Shown: one piece after another, positions 1 through 14,770 of the stretch
Numbering within the stretch: position 1 is the first letter of the stretch
Layout of the letters: every line of letters starts with the position of its first letter
Origin: the human T2T-CHM13v2.0 reference genome, Homo sapiens
Strand: one strand, 5' to 3'
DNA: 64,000 bases
Assembly: GCF_009914755.1 (NCBI RefSeq)
Contig: NC_060939.1
Translations under genes and position numbers: made by a program
Notes under the pieces: generated by a model
Told to the model about the DNA's origin: nothing
The model's input: the letters and a program-made list of their open reading frames with translations, nothing else
Databases searched by the model: none

Positions 1-415
<415 letters not shown>

Positions 416-1229
416 TAAAGTACCTGTCATAGCATAAGTGCTATCCAAGGATTAGCTGTAATATTTCCCCAGATGGGGGAGTGAATCTCATTAATTGGTT
501 TAGTGACGGGCAAGGCTTACAAAATGCATATTCATCTCAATCAGCACCCCCAAGCACTCATTTCTCCTTGAGCTGCACAGTTCTTTCCCCAACCTTCTCT
601 CCTCTTAGCCCAAGCACGCCAGCCCCTCTCCTCCTGGGAGGAAGGGTCTTGCTGGAGAATACAGGCACAGGAAAGAACACGGCGTGTGTGGTCTGGCCAT
701 TCCCGAGACCCTGAGACAAGGAGGCAGTGTGCAGCAAGGCCCAGGCTGGGCAGAGCAGCCAGCCAGAAGGGCCCGGCCCTGCCATCTGCTCTCCCAGCCA
801 AGGTGAGTGGCCTGGCATGGATTCACACTTGGTCACGGCCCAGCACCTCTACCAAGTGCCCATTAGGGAGCAGAGCCAAGGCTCAAACCTGCAGGAGCCA
901 TTTCCCATCCTGGGGAAGAGGCAGCAGCCCTGCCTGAAAAAGAGGCCTCTTCAGCATGCTTGCCCACCACCCACACTCCATTTTGCCTAAGAGTGGCAAT
1001 AAAAACCAGCTCTCTGCCCAGAAAGGCAATGGCTGAGGATGCTGTTCTCCGTAGGTAATATGGCCTTCAAGAGCCCTAGTGAGGAGCGGGGAGACCAGCG
1101 CTCAGTGGGTGGTGCCACCCTCTACCTTACCAGGCTCCTTAACTGGGTCTGGAAAATTCAAATGCTTCCTAATGATGCCCTTTGGAGGCAGGAACCTAGT
1201 GGGCTTAACCCATCTGGTCACATCTGGCA

Positions 1230-1600
1230 GACACACTCACACACCAGCGTTATGTTTACAAGCACACATTCACATATGGTCCTGCACACTTGAGCACACA
1301 CATGCACATATAAACAGCTTACATACATATACAATCATAGACACATGCACACAACCCCATGCACTCACACACACACGCACACTATCATACACACACTTAC
1401 ATGAATACATATATGCTCACATGAAGGCATATGTTTACAAGCACACACTCGCATAAGATCACACACTGAGGCATGCACACAGCACGTAACAGCTTACATA
1501 CATATACAGGCACATGCAAACATGCTCATATGCACACATTCACTCCCACCCACTGTCATGTCCACACCCACACTCACACTCACATGAACACACATACATA
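1230..1600. repeat. Degenerate CA-rich simple repeat (resumes at 2440-2520)
   Basis: Repeated ACAC/CACAT/ACATAC motifs. Confidence 0.8.
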
Positions 1601-2437
<837 letters not shown>

Positions 2438-2899
2438 TATACTCACACCCTCACATGGGCACACAAACACACGTGTGTTCACACACATCCTCTAGCGCAT
2501 GCACACTCACACACATACCCAGAGGCAGCCCTGCAGCCCGCTGGGGCTTCAGGCTCTGCTGGGAGGACAGGTTGCCAGAAGCCAGCAGTCAAGTCACAAG
2601 ATGGTCTTCTCGTTTGCCAGGCTCTTTTCCTCCTTCGGAAAATCACAACCCAGGCAGGATTCCCAGGGAGGTGGTGTGAGGCGTGGAAACAGGTCCACGG
2701 AGGCCTCTGAAAAGCCTTGTTCTGAAAGACATCTCTGAGGATTTCTACAGCCCATGGGGAGGACTAGGTAGTAACACTGACAGCATGGGAACATCTTTTA
2801 TTAGGTCAATAGAAAATAAGCTGGGGTTCTGCGGTTCGTGGAGGATGCCTTCCTCCATTACCTCACTGAGTCCCTGCTGTGCTGCTTACTGACGGGATC

Positions 2900-3190
2900 A
2901 TCCTGAGCCTCAGTTTCCTCCTGGAGCTGCTGTGAGGATTAAACAGGATAACGCGTGGGAATTGCTGAGCCCAGTGCCTGCCACGTAGTAAGCCCCAGTA
3001 AATTAGACCTTTTATCCTCAGCATTATTATTAATATTGGATATTAATAGTAATAAATCCCATAGCAATCCTCTGAGGTATTATTTTCCCCATTTCACACA
3101 AATGAAAACAGAAGTCCAGCACTTTAAATGATTTGTATACAAGATCACACGGCCAAGTGGGAGAACTGAACTCGGGCCTTCCTTCTAACG
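2900..3190. mobile_element. Two MIR fragments (+ ~2900-3030, - ~3060-3190)
   Basis: GAGCCTCAGTTTCCTC...GTGAGGATTAAA core; CCCCATTTCACACAAATGAAAACAGA antisense core. Confidence 0.7.
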
Positions 3191-4343
3191 CCAGGAATTC
3201 TTTCCACTTCTCTATGCCCACCACCCACCCGCATACCTGCTTCTCCTGGGGCAGGACCCCCATTGAGCTTCACCCAGCTTCTCAGCATCTCCTGCAGAGA
3301 GGGCAGGAAGGGAGAGGAGAGGAGAAGGAGAAGACAGCACCTTTCTTCCCCAGTTCAAGCCATGGAAGCGCCGGGCTTCTGCTGTTTGGGACATGCCCTG
3401 AAATGGCTGTTATCTTATATTTCTTGGTCCCCATTCCACCAGTGGTCCCCAGGGAAGGGCCACCCCAGCCCACTTAGACAGTAGATTCTTTTATGCTTCA
3501 GATACCATCTTCTAAGACTAGCTGGGCCCAGCCAGCCTCTGGGTGCTCCAGCCTTCCCGTCAGACTCCACCACCTCCCCACTCCAATGACACGTGCCAGG
3601 GCATCTGGGGTGAGGCCACAGAACCCCCCAAGCCCAAGAGCTAGTCCAGGTTCCTATTCCTGCCCTGGGCCCTAAGTCACCTTGTGACTATGGGCAGGTC
3701 ACTTCCTCTCCCTGGGCCTCGGTGTGCTCTCTGCCAAATGAGGGGGTGGAAAGGTCCTTTAAGTTTTAACCTTCTCTGGGGCTGGAAAGCTGCAGAGAAT
3801 CTCAAAATCCAAGGCAGGCTACTGGGGAAGATCCTTCGAGACCAGGGGAGCTTAGCAAATCATATCACAGCAGGAAGGCTCTTCAGAAAACACCACACAC
3901 AGCAAGCATTCAAGTAGGAGAGTCAATAAAGTGACGGAGCCCTGCCCAGGGGCTTACGAAGCCTTGTCCCCACCACCAAGACTACGGAGCCAGCCCTCCA
4001 CAGACAGCCAGACCTGCTCTTCCTCCTCCACCAGGTTTCCTTTTAGAAGGAAGGCTTCTACTTGTGACAGGCTATGGAGCCCCAGAGAAAGAGGCAGCTG
4101 GGGAGAGGGGGTGCCCATGCACTCACACATGCACACAGACACAGAGGAGCCACACACAGCAGGACGGAAAACCAGGCCAAGAGGCCTGCAGGGCATGAGC
4201 TCTTGGGCCCCAGAAATAACAGCCCCTACCCCAGAGAGAAGACGGCTCCCCATTATCAGACCAGCATCCCCACACGACAGAACCATCTCCTACCGCAAGC
4301 CAGCAGAGGGGTTGGGACTCATCACCTTATCACACTGTTGCCA

Positions 4344-4788
4344 GTGCTGGATGGTTTCCACGTGTTTCTCCAGAGCTTCTCTCCATGCTTCCCTCTGCTC
4401 CAGGCCCAGGAGGCTGACAAGCATGGGCTTTATGAGAGGAGGCCCCCTTGATCTCTGGCTTCCAGTTGGGTTGGGTAGTGGGGCACGCCACAGGATGTCC
4501 CAGAGCTGGAGGAGACTGAGCTGGGTCACTGTGATTTGGCTGCCTCCATCCCAGGAGGCCCCACTCCTGTCACAGGCAGTCCTCTCTACACAGCGCCCTC
4601 TCCAAGTCCCTGCAGACCTGGCGGTGGTAACTGCTCCCCACTGGTGCTAGCGTCAGGGTGCTGCACTACCCTTTGCTGATTTTCCTGCACTCTGCCCTCC
4701 CCTTTGTAAACAGTCCCTTTATTAAGCACTCATCAAATTGCCCGGCTTGTGTTCACCACTTGTCACCTGCCAGGATCCTGATATATCA
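4344..4788 (+). mobile_element. LTR33-like ERVL solo LTR
   Basis: Starts GTGCTGGATGGTTTCC; contains GGAGGCTGAC, CTCTGGCTTCCAGTTGGGTT and TTTGTAAACAGTCCCTTTATTAA; ends CCTGCCAGGATCCTGA; matches recalled LTR33 consensus. Confidence 0.75.
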
Positions 4789-6619
4789 CTCAAGAAAAAA
4801 TGTTCTTAGTCAAATAATGATGACAAACCCATCATGACCAGAAACAACAAAGTCAAGCAGAAACAAATTTTGGGTTAACTAGCCTTGCAGCTTCTGAGCA
4901 CAACCAAGCTCTCTGTGGTATGCTTCCCCAGCCCCAATGCGCACCAGGGCCAGAGCAGGACTGTCCACAAGCCCCAGGCTCCCGGTGGGCCATGGCGACC
5001 TGGATATGCACGTGTCCCAGCCGAATGGGGAGGCCACCACTCAGCTCCCTCGACTGTTGCCAGGCAGAAATGTGGGCCTGGAGTTGCAGATCTTCTCCAG
5101 GAAACTGGAAATACATTTTTTAATGTAAAATCTTCTCTTGGCTTACATGTTTTCAAAGCAAAATTCAAGCCAAACTTATCGGTAGCCAAGAGAGAGCTGT
5201 TTGTTCCCCTACAAGTTACAATCTGGGACTGAAATTCCATCTCCTACATAGACAATTCAGTAGGATGACAGCTTTGGTGGCCCTTCCGAGGCTGCATACT
5301 CTGAATCTCTGAGTCTCTCTCTGCTCTGGGGAAGGAAGAGGAATGGCAAGGCTCCCACAGGGAGGAAGGGCCCCTGGCAAAGCCCAGACAACAGAGAGCT
5401 GGGTAGCGGGGAGCAGCTGGGTGGAGGCCCCAGGACAAGGACACAGAGCTGGCCAAGATGGGAAACTGGAATTTAGGTGATTAAAATGAGGGGACCCCAT
5501 TGGGCAATGGGGCTGGCCTCAGAAAGGTTGGGGTTACTCTGGATCTATTTGTTTGGTCTCAAGCTCTGTTTGTTTTGAGGCTGCAACAAATTCTGTCTGA
5601 AAGTGGCAGTGGTGCGAACTTCCTGTCCTGTTGGGAAGTGCTGGCAGCAACTTTACCTCCTACAAGAGAGGGAGATTCATGTCATTCACAAAGGTCCAGA
5701 ATCTGTCCTCCTTAGAACCACTGCATCACTAGGGTTTAGGCGGCTGTGTCCCGGAAAGGGCATCTCATCCCTCCAGCTGCCTCCGAGCCCAGGCAAGCTC
5801 ACAAACTAGCTGGGTAGAGGGGACTCTCTCCAGTGAAGGAAAGCCTCTGGCTACATACTCCCTGCCTCCTGCTTCTCTCCTTCCCTGAATTACTCTAGAA
5901 TTGCCTGCTCCCTTGTCTGGCAGCTGCCCACGGTTCCACCAGGAACTGTGAGGCTGTTTTTCAAACCTTCTGTCTTACCTCCCCCACTAGATTGTAAGCC
6001 CTCTGGCAGCAGGGCTGGGTTATAAACGTATTTCCCCTCAGGGCTCAGCCCAGCTTCTTACAAATGGAGGTCTATAATATCCACATTACTGGGCATTTTT
6101 GGTGATGTGACTAGAGACAGTAATAAGAAATTATAAGCATACTAATAATGATGACAGATGCCTTACATCTGTGCAGCACTTTGAACTTTAGGAATAAGAA
6201 TAATAAAGTTAATAATAATAATGATAGATGTCTTACATTTCTATAGCACTTTGAAGTTTGCAAGGCACTTTCATAGACTTAATTTCACCTCATCTTCAAA
6301 ACCATTCTTATAAAAGGGGGGAGATGAAACAAGATAGGCAAAATGCAAGTAATTGCTGAAGCAGGTGATGCGGACGTGGGAGTGCACTATACTGTTCTCT
6401 CTACCTGGGGTCTCCAAAATTTTTCATTGTAAAGAGTTTTTAAAAACCCACTCTAGTATGTAAGTGATGGAAGAGGCATTATTCTCACCCATATGTTCTA
6501 AAGCAGAAGAAATGGAAACCCAGAGAGGGGACTTGGCTCGTCCAAATCACTCAGTCTGTGTGGACCCACAGAACCAGAGAGGCAGCGTTCCCATTCCTGG
6601 CCAAGTGGGCTCCTTCCTA

Positions 6620-6826
6620 CAGCAGCCTTGCCCAAAGTGGGTCCCACAACACCACTTCCTTAGGATGTTAAAAGCGTTCTATAGAGAATAAGGTCCCATG
6701 GTTAAATAATTTTAGAAAATACTAGGTTAAAGAAAGCAATCATGTCCATTTCCTGCAGACTTTTTGGAACCTTTATAGAACATTCTGCAGAACTGGTGTT
6801 CCACAGAACACAGGCTGGGAAATGCA
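6620..6826. mobile_element. Probable hAT-Charlie-type MITE relic (family unresolved)
   Basis: Imperfect inverted ends (CAGCCTTGCCCAAAGTG ... GTGTTCCACAGAACACAGGCTGGGAAATGC). Confidence 0.4.
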
Positions 6827-7519
6827 GGCTGCAACAGACCTGCAGGTAAAGAGGAGCCCTACTTCACACCCCAACCCCCACCATCCCCCAAGGCAGGACT
6901 TTCCAGAAACCGGAACCCTGGCCAAGTGAAGTCTGCATGAAGGAGTGTGCTGCAGATGAACCCCCCTGAGGGCTGACAGAAGTAGGACACATAATCTGCC
7001 CAGGGAGAGGGGACGGTTATAGGGTGTGATACGGCCTCTAGATAATGGCGGGGTCAGAACGGAAGTTGTCAAAGATGCCAAGAAGGCACATGAGGCCCTT
7101 CCTGGGCCCTGCCCTCCAGGCTCCCAAATTACATCAGGGCTCCACAGAGTTTCATTCTGAAGAAGGGAGAGGAGCTGTTTTTCCTACACAGGCTGCCCCT
7201 GAGCACTCTACAGAAACAGATGCTCCAACCGTCTCCTGAGTCATGAACTGAGCTGCTGATTCAAACTCCCGCCCCTCCCTTGCTTGCTAATCCTCATCCC
7301 TGGACCCTTTTGTGCTCACACCAGCTTCTCTGGCAGCTTCACAGGCCCTTTGGGCAGCTATAGTGATGCTTAATCACTAATGAAGCATAGGTTTTTCCAG
7401 CTTTCTCTCCACCCTTCTCCCCCTCAGTAGTGACGACTTGGGTCATGGAAGAGCAAGTAAGAGAAAAATACAATTTGCTTTGTGGAAGCTCGGAATACAT
7501 GTGTTTATCATCCTCAAAT

Positions 7520-7730
7520 AACAACTAACCCTCACCAAGCCCTTACCGTGTGCTAGGCCTTGTGCTGAGTGTTCACCCACTTCCAATCCCCCCAACAACC
7601 CTACAAGTTAGGTTCTATTTCAAGCCCATTTTACAGATGGTCAAACTGAGGTACACAGAAGCTAAAGGATTTGCCCCACATTACTGAGATGATGGTGGTA
7701 GAGCTGAGCCTTGAACCCAGGCAGGAGGAG
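7520..7730 (-). mobile_element. MIR
   Basis: CCCATTTTACAGATGGTCAAACTGAGG core and TTGAACCCAGGC end. Confidence 0.75.
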
Positions 7731-8152
7731 TCCACAGGTGCTTCTCAGAACCCCTCCACCAAGCTGCCCTCGGCAGGCAGCCTAGGCCAGGAGCCTGCAG
7801 AGCTGAACATCCTCCAGAGGCAGGTCTCAAGAGTCAAAGGTGGCCCTGGGGCAGCCAGCCTGAATGCACCAAGACCTACAGGCTGTAGAGACCTTCTCTG
7901 GCAACCCTAGCAACTTCCCAGACCCATAGCTTAACCATTTCCCATTATCTTCTCTCCCCACTCCCAGTCCTGGCCACCAGCCCTTAGGAGGCTTTTACCT
8001 ACAGCTGGACCGGCCCCAGTCAAGGCAGACAGTAGGATCTGGAATCAGCTGTGCTGTGAGAGACTCAGCATTCCAAGTCCCCGGGGAGCTCTGGACAGCC
8101 TTGTGCCATCTGAGCTCCACCCTTCTCTTTGCCCCTGGCCTGTTGGCTTCTT

Positions 8153-8224
8153 CTAAAATCCTAGCTCCCTTAAATCCTAGCTCTAAAATCCTAGCTCTCT
8201 CCTCTAAAATCCTAGCTCTCTCCT
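8153..8224. repeat. Short minisatellite, 4 copies of an AAATCCTAGCTC core
   Basis: Last two 21-bp units CTAAAATCCTAGCTCTCTCCT are identical. Confidence 0.9.
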
Positions 8225-8399
8225 GCCTCATTTCCCAGCTGGCACTCCAGAACCTTAGGGTCTGAACCCTGGCCTTCATTTTCTGCTTCATCATACCACC
8301 CCCAGGAGAACAGACCCTGCTCCTTATACCTCCAGTCTCTGATTAGGGTCATGCGCCAAATGAAATGAGTGCCTATGAGGGAAAAGGAAAGGCAAGGAG

Positions 8400-8610
8400 T
8401 TTTATCGAGGCCTACCGTGTGCCAGGCCCTGTGCCAGCCAAGTGCCATACTTACCTGCCTTATTTACTTAACTCACCCAACAACACTATAAGATGAGTAA
8501 AAGTATCACCATTTTACAGATGAGGAAACAGAGGCTCAGAGAGGTTAACTAGTTTCACCAATGTCACACTACTAGGTGAGTGGAGGACCCTAGTCTGATA
8601 TGAAAGCCCA
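8400..8610 (-). mobile_element. MIR
   Basis: CCATTTTACAGATGAGGAAACAGAGGCTCAGAGAGGTTAA core. Confidence 0.8.
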
Positions 8611-8827
8611 GGTTACGAACGAGGATGCCATAGGGCTATGACAATAACAACACCACCTCAGTCTCCTAGTGTTAACAAAAGGCAGGTGTGACCCTAGAGA
8701 GATAACACCGTGTCCATTTTACACAGCACTGTTACCCAAACAGGTTAAGCAGCGTGCTCATATCACTGGGCTGTTCATAATACCAGCACCTAGCATAGAG
8801 CATACTATGTGCCAGGCATCCTGCTAA

Positions 8828-9183
<356 letters not shown>

Positions 9184-9369
9184 AGAAAGTACTATTATGA
9201 TTATTCTCACTTTACAGATGGGGAAACTAAGGCTTAGCAAGCTAAAACAAACTACCCAAAGTCACCACAGCAAATGCCTGTCCAGCAGCCACGCCCTTTC
9301 CCCATTCCCTGAGTGCCCCACTTCTGTCTAGGTGCCCACTTCTCTCCAACATGACTCAGGGAAGCATGA

Positions 9370-10027
9370 CCCAGTGAATCTTCCTTACTCTGACCCAATC
9401 ATGGTAGTCCCTTTCATCATGCTAGTGACTGGTTTAGGAAGGAGCATGTGACCCAGTTCTGGCCAGTAAGATATGAGGAACGCCTGCCAAAGGTCTTCTG
9501 GGGAGAGTGTCCTTGCTCTTAAAAAGAGATGTCCATTAAGAGAGACAGGCAGTCCTTTGTTCCACTGGACATTGTCATTTCTTTTTTTTTTTCTTTTTCT
9601 TTTTTTTTTTTTTTTGAGATGGTGTTTTGCTCTGTCACCCAGGCTGGATCTCAGCTCACTGCAACCTCCACCTCCCGGGTTCAAGCGATTCTCCTGCCTC
9701 AGCCTCCGGCTGATTTCTGTATTTTTAGTAGGGACGGGGTTTCGCTGTGCTGGCCAGGCTGGTCTCAAACTCCTGACCTCAAGTGATCCATCCACCTTGG
9801 CCTCCCAAAGTGCTGGGATTACAGGCACGAGCCACTGCACCCGGCCAGACATTGTCATTTCTGAATGTAAGACTGGAACTACTGCAGCCATGTCACCACC
9901 ATGAGGCGCTATTGCGAGGATGTGCTAACACGCCGAGAGGAACAGCCAGAGAGGCGGAAAGGACCTAGATTCTTATTATTTAAGCCTCTGATATCATGCT
10001 TTTCTGTTACTTGCAGCTTAACTGATA
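9370..10027 (+). mobile_element. MLT1 (J/K-like) MaLR LTR interrupted by an Alu
   Basis: CATGTGACCCAGTTCTGGCCA motif, CTGGAACTACTGCAGCCATG and 3' TTTAAGCC...TTTTCTGTTACTTGCAGC. Confidence 0.7.
9583..9846 (-). mobile_element. Alu with two internal deletions
   Basis: Perfect 15-bp TSD GACATTGTCATTTCT at 9568-9582 and 9848-9862. Confidence 0.95.
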
Positions 10028-10868
10028 TAGCCAAAGAGAATGTCAACTTCAGTCCTCTGGCTATAGACTCAAAACTAGACCATTTGAGTCCAAGCCCACA
10101 GCATGTATCTATACGCAACGCTGAAGAGTGGGTATCAGGCTGTCAAACTAGACAGACCCAGGCATGGTTCTGCCCCCTTGACCTTGGGACCACCTGGTTT
10201 ACTCCTACATGGAAGACACAGGCCAGGGCCCAGGCCCAGGCCCACCACCCAACCCTGAATATGATCCCTGAAGGACAAGGATCCCAATCGGGTCCCTACA
10301 ATGGAATGCAGATGTCCTACAATGGAGGGAAGATTCTGGAGCCAGCCTCTGCCCAAGTCTCATTTCATTCTCCATTTCCACTGCCTTCCTCTGCTGCTGC
10401 CCCATAAATCTCCAGTTTATTAATCCTTTACATGAAGCAGTCGGTTCAGGATCCTGATTTACTCCCTGTTCATAAAACGCTGAGAAATTAAAGATGAAAA
10501 TTACCCAGAAGGACACCGAGCCTCCAGTGGGGAGTCCCAGAGCAATCCCTGGCCCTGAACCAGGTCCTCTCTGCCCTTCCCACCTTCGGAACTCAGGGTC
10601 TGGTGATGTCATTTCACTGTCCTCATCCCACAGGAAGTAAGGGGCTCTTTCCTATGCTTCCACACCCTCCACGCCTACTCTGCACAAAGCAGGAGAGGGG
10701 GCGCCACGCTTTCCCTGAAAACCCATTTCAGAGTCTCCTATTTTTTGAAGATCTTCCTCTGCTTAAATCCCTTGTGTTACACATGGCGGAGGGCGGGGAA
10801 GGTGCAGAGAATCAAGTTAGGGACAAAAATTAGGGAGCTGATTAAAGCAATTCAAAGGTCAAAATATA

Positions 10869-11162
10869 GCAGGGCAAGGTGGCTTATGCCTGTAATCCCA
10901 GCAATTTGGGAGGCTGAGGAGGAGGATTGCTTGAGTCCAGAAGTTTGAGACCAGCCTGGGCAATGTAGGGAGACCTCATCTCTATAAAAAATTTTAAAAT
11001 TAGCTGGGTATGGTGGCATGCACCTTTATTCCCGGCTACTTGGGAGGCTGAGATGAGGGGACTGCTTGAGCCTGGGAGGTTGAGGCTGCAGTGAGCCATG
11101 ATGGTATCACTACACTCCAGCCTGGGCAACAAAATAAGACTCTGTCTCAAAGAAAAAAAAAA
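10869..11162 (+). mobile_element. Alu (AluJ-like)
   Basis: GGAGGATTGCTTGAG and AGCCTGGGCAA diagnostics; TSD AAAGGTCAAAAT. Confidence 0.95.
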
Positions 11163-11519
11163 GGTCAAAATCTGTAACAAATCCAGAGACATGGCCAAGA
11201 GGGAGAATAGAAACTGACTACCTACCCAGGGGTCTCAACTACCCAGGATCATCCTCGTTTCTCAAGCCTCTGAGCAACAGCACTACACCCCAATACCTGC
11301 CAAAACCCTCCAGGCACTCAGAGCAGTGATGTTCTCTAAACTCCAGAAGAGCCTGGGTCCTCCTACAGGATCCTGGAAGCGTCCCAAGACTGCCCGGGCT
11401 CCCACATCTCACAGTCCACCCCAAAATTGCCTGCCAAATCCCACCTCTTCCCCACAGGTCAAGGAGAGCCACAGGCAAGCATCAAGTCTCCATATCAAGG
11501 ACAAGGACTATCCCGGTTC

Positions 11520-12080
11520 AGTGTGACAACAAATCTTTAATCCTACTACATGCCAGGGACAGCACTGGGTACTGGCTCCCTGTTTGACCAAGTCCCTCCT
11601 CCTGAGGCTCTCACTACAGTGTTGAGTGTATTAGACTATAATAAGCACAGAGAGTCAGAACAGAAAGACAAGTCACTCAGCCCACCAGAGGGAGGGGAGT
11701 TCAGGGAAGGCTTCCTGGAGGAGATGGTGTCTGGGTTGAATTGTGGAGGATGAGTAAGAGTCAGCCACACAAGGAAGGTAGGAAGGGCTTTGCAGTCAGA
11801 AAACAACATATGCAAAGACACAGAGGTGTGACACAGCACTGTGTGTTCTGGAGGAGGGAGGACCAGAAGCGGCTTGGTGCTACCCAAGCATCAAGTGCAA
11901 GGTGGATTATAGAGGATGGGGTGAGGCTGCTGGGCCTTGACTCTGTGCTAATGAGTTTTGACTTCATCCCGAGGGCAATGGGAAACTGTTAAAGGGTTTC
12001 CGACAGGCAGGGACATGGTCCAGTTTGCACTTTAGAAAGATCCTTCTGCCTGCCACAGGGAATGTGGACTGGGGAGGGAA
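11520..12080 (-). mobile_element. L2 fragment
   Basis: TCAGGGAAGGCTTCCTGGAGGAGATGG, GAGGGCAATGGGAAAC and TTTAGAAAGATC motifs typical of antisense L2. Confidence 0.65.
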
Positions 12081-14199
12081 AAGACATCACAGGCAAAAGG
12101 GAGAGAAGTCCCAAGCCAAGGCAAAGGACTCCTGAGCAAGAAGCAGCTCTTCAGTCTGGGGGCACAGGCTGGGTCTGCCCTCAATACCATTCAATACCAC
12201 CAATGCCATGGATAAAGTCTGGATGGGACAAGGAAGAATGAGAGGGCGTCCTGAGAATTCCATGGGGGTGTGGAAATGGCTGTGCTGGAGGGAAGAGCAG
12301 CAGCTCGAACCCTAGTCCTCTGGCCCAGGAAGGGTCCCCAGTGAGCCTCCGTGCCTCCTGGCTGTGGTGGTTGTTTGCAGGCAGCTTCCTGTCCCCACCT
12401 CCTGCCCCTGCTCAGCATCCAGCTCCTCTGCCGGTCCTGGTTTGGGGAGAACACAACCCAGTTCATTTCCTCCACATCAGAACAAAGGGGCAGAGGAGCT
12501 GAGCCAAGATGGGCGGCCCGCTGTAACACCCCGGGAAGAACAAGACTGCTGTCCCCGCCATCTCAATCTTGATATTCACCTCAATCATTCTCAGGACCCT
12601 CCGTGTGCCCGGCATGGGTCACATGCCACTCCCTCACCCAGCACCTCCTTCCCTTGTCCACTGGCAGCACCATCCAGGCACCCCGGGCTGTTGGAATCCT
12701 GGTGCCTGCATGCTAACACCCATCACACCTCGTCACACTAGTTATGTGTCTGTCCATTTCCACCAGACACAGTGCCTCATCCAGGGACCACGTTATCTTC
12801 ATTCCCAAGTCCAGCGCTCTCGTGATTCACAGGAGGGCCTGGGTGAAGCCTGGATGAAGAAACTCCCAGATGGACTCTGGAGTGTGGTTTCTTCTCATGG
12901 TGTCTTATCGGCCAGAGAAGGTGTGTGCCTGATGACAGTGGGGTCCCACACCCTGTCTCCTTCCAACTCACTCCCCCCAACAAAAGACCACCTAGCTGCC
13001 AAAACAATACCCTTAAAATTGATGGTCTCACCATTTCACCTCCAAATAAGGACGTCAGCAGCATGTTTTAGTGCCTAACATCTGCTGTTATCTCTAATTC
13101 TCAAATACTCCTGCAGAGTAGTGACAATGGCTGCCGTTTTAAGGGGTAAGAAATGCCAAGCCCACCTTCCAGGTCCACCGTCCTGTGGGGAAGCCTAAGA
13201 TTATGACTTTGGGCAAGTGGGGCTGCCTCTCTGGCCTCTGTTTCTCCATCTATAGAGTGGAATAACAACAGGACCTCCTTCCTGGAGTAGTTTGGGAGAA
13301 TTGAATGAGTAATCCTTGAAGACACTGGCACGTGGCTATCTCCCGCCGGGCTCAATGCTGTCTGGAGGGCAGTCTGCCACACAGCAGGCACTTCCTGCCT
13401 CCACCGCCCCTTCCCATGGATGGCCAGGAGAGGACCACTCCTGAATGATAAGTGAACCAATAAATCAATCTTTTATCTAGGTGGGAATAAATTATAACAG
13501 GAAGCTTTTGAGGCTGGTATCTTCTGTGGCATTAGATGTATTTTAATATCATTAATTATGTATTAAGTGTTTGAAGGGAAAAGACAGCAATATCCTATAG
13601 GATGTATTTGCACGGTAATAGAGGATTGATTCGATGCAATATCTATACTGAAGCTACTGGGATTCAGGTCCTGGGGCTTCGCAGTGGTGGTAAATCACAG
13701 CCACAAAAATCTCTGCAATAGTAAATAATAGTATCCGAATTGCTGGAGGGACTCTCAGCGCCTGCTGATGAGAACTGGGCTGCCACCCGGCCAGGAGGGT
13801 GTGAATAGGGCCAGCCCTGCATCCCCACTGCTAGGAGCCCAGTTTTCTGGGTGGGAAACCCCCTCCCCAACCCACCCTGAGCTGATCTAGGCCAGAAACG
13901 CCTGCCCACCCCAGTCCACAGATGCCCCAGAGAAAGGCTGGAAGCTGCTTCCTAAACCTGGAGTTTGCTAAAGGCTTTTCTGCGATTCCCTCAGGGACTC
14001 AGATGCTCGAGTAAAAAGAAAATGCATGTGTTGCTTCTCAGACTGCAGGTTGTGTGCCCCTTTCAATGAGGAGACAGGGAAGGTTGGAGGAGATCCCCAC
14101 ACGCACTCTTGGGGAGATGAAGGCCACCAAAATCCCTGTAGTCTAGAGCCCAGGAGCACCGCCTGGAGGCAGTAGAGATGGACTCCTACCTCAGCAGTG

Positions 14200-14770
14200 G
14201 TGACAATAGTGTTTCACTGTGTGCCAGGCCAGGTTTAAACCCACTGCGTGGATTAACTCATTTAACCCTCACAGCAGCCCCTGAGATAGGTTCTATCATA
14301 ACCCTGACTGTACAGGTGAGAAAACTGAGGCAAGGGTGTCTCCCCTAGATATCAGCATGTCTCACACCCTCCCCTCCTCCAGGTATAACTTAAAGGCCAC
14401 CTTTTTATTGCAGACCTTCCCTAACACTCTTTTTTAAACTGCAACCCCACCCCCACCCATCACTGCCTCTTCACCTGTCCTGCTTTCCGCCACATCGCTT
14501 GTCACCTTCAAATAAACCATCTACTAACTTACTTGCTTAGAGTCCGGCTTCCTCCACGAGAATGGAAGCTCCACAAGGAAAGGATTTGTGTCTGTTTGTC
14601 TTGCATTGCTCACTGCTGTATGCCCAACAGCAAGAACAGTCTGCCACAGAGCAGGTGCTCACTAAACATTGATTGAATGAGTAGAAGTTGAGTCACTTGC
14701 CCAAGGTCACCTGCTTTTAAATGGCAGAGCTGGGGCTCGAACCCAGGCACTCTGGTCTCTGACCCAGTTC
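14200..14770. mobile_element. MIR (-) interrupted by an L2 3' end (+, ~14380-14682)
   Basis: ACAGGTGAGAAAACTGAGGC ... ACTTGCCCAAGGTCAC MIR pieces; L2 end GTGCTCACTAAACATTGATTGAATGA. Confidence 0.65.

Noticed and set aside
3931-4650. 239-aa ORF
   Set aside because: GTG start, the 3' part runs through an LTR33-like relic, and there is no recognisable homology.
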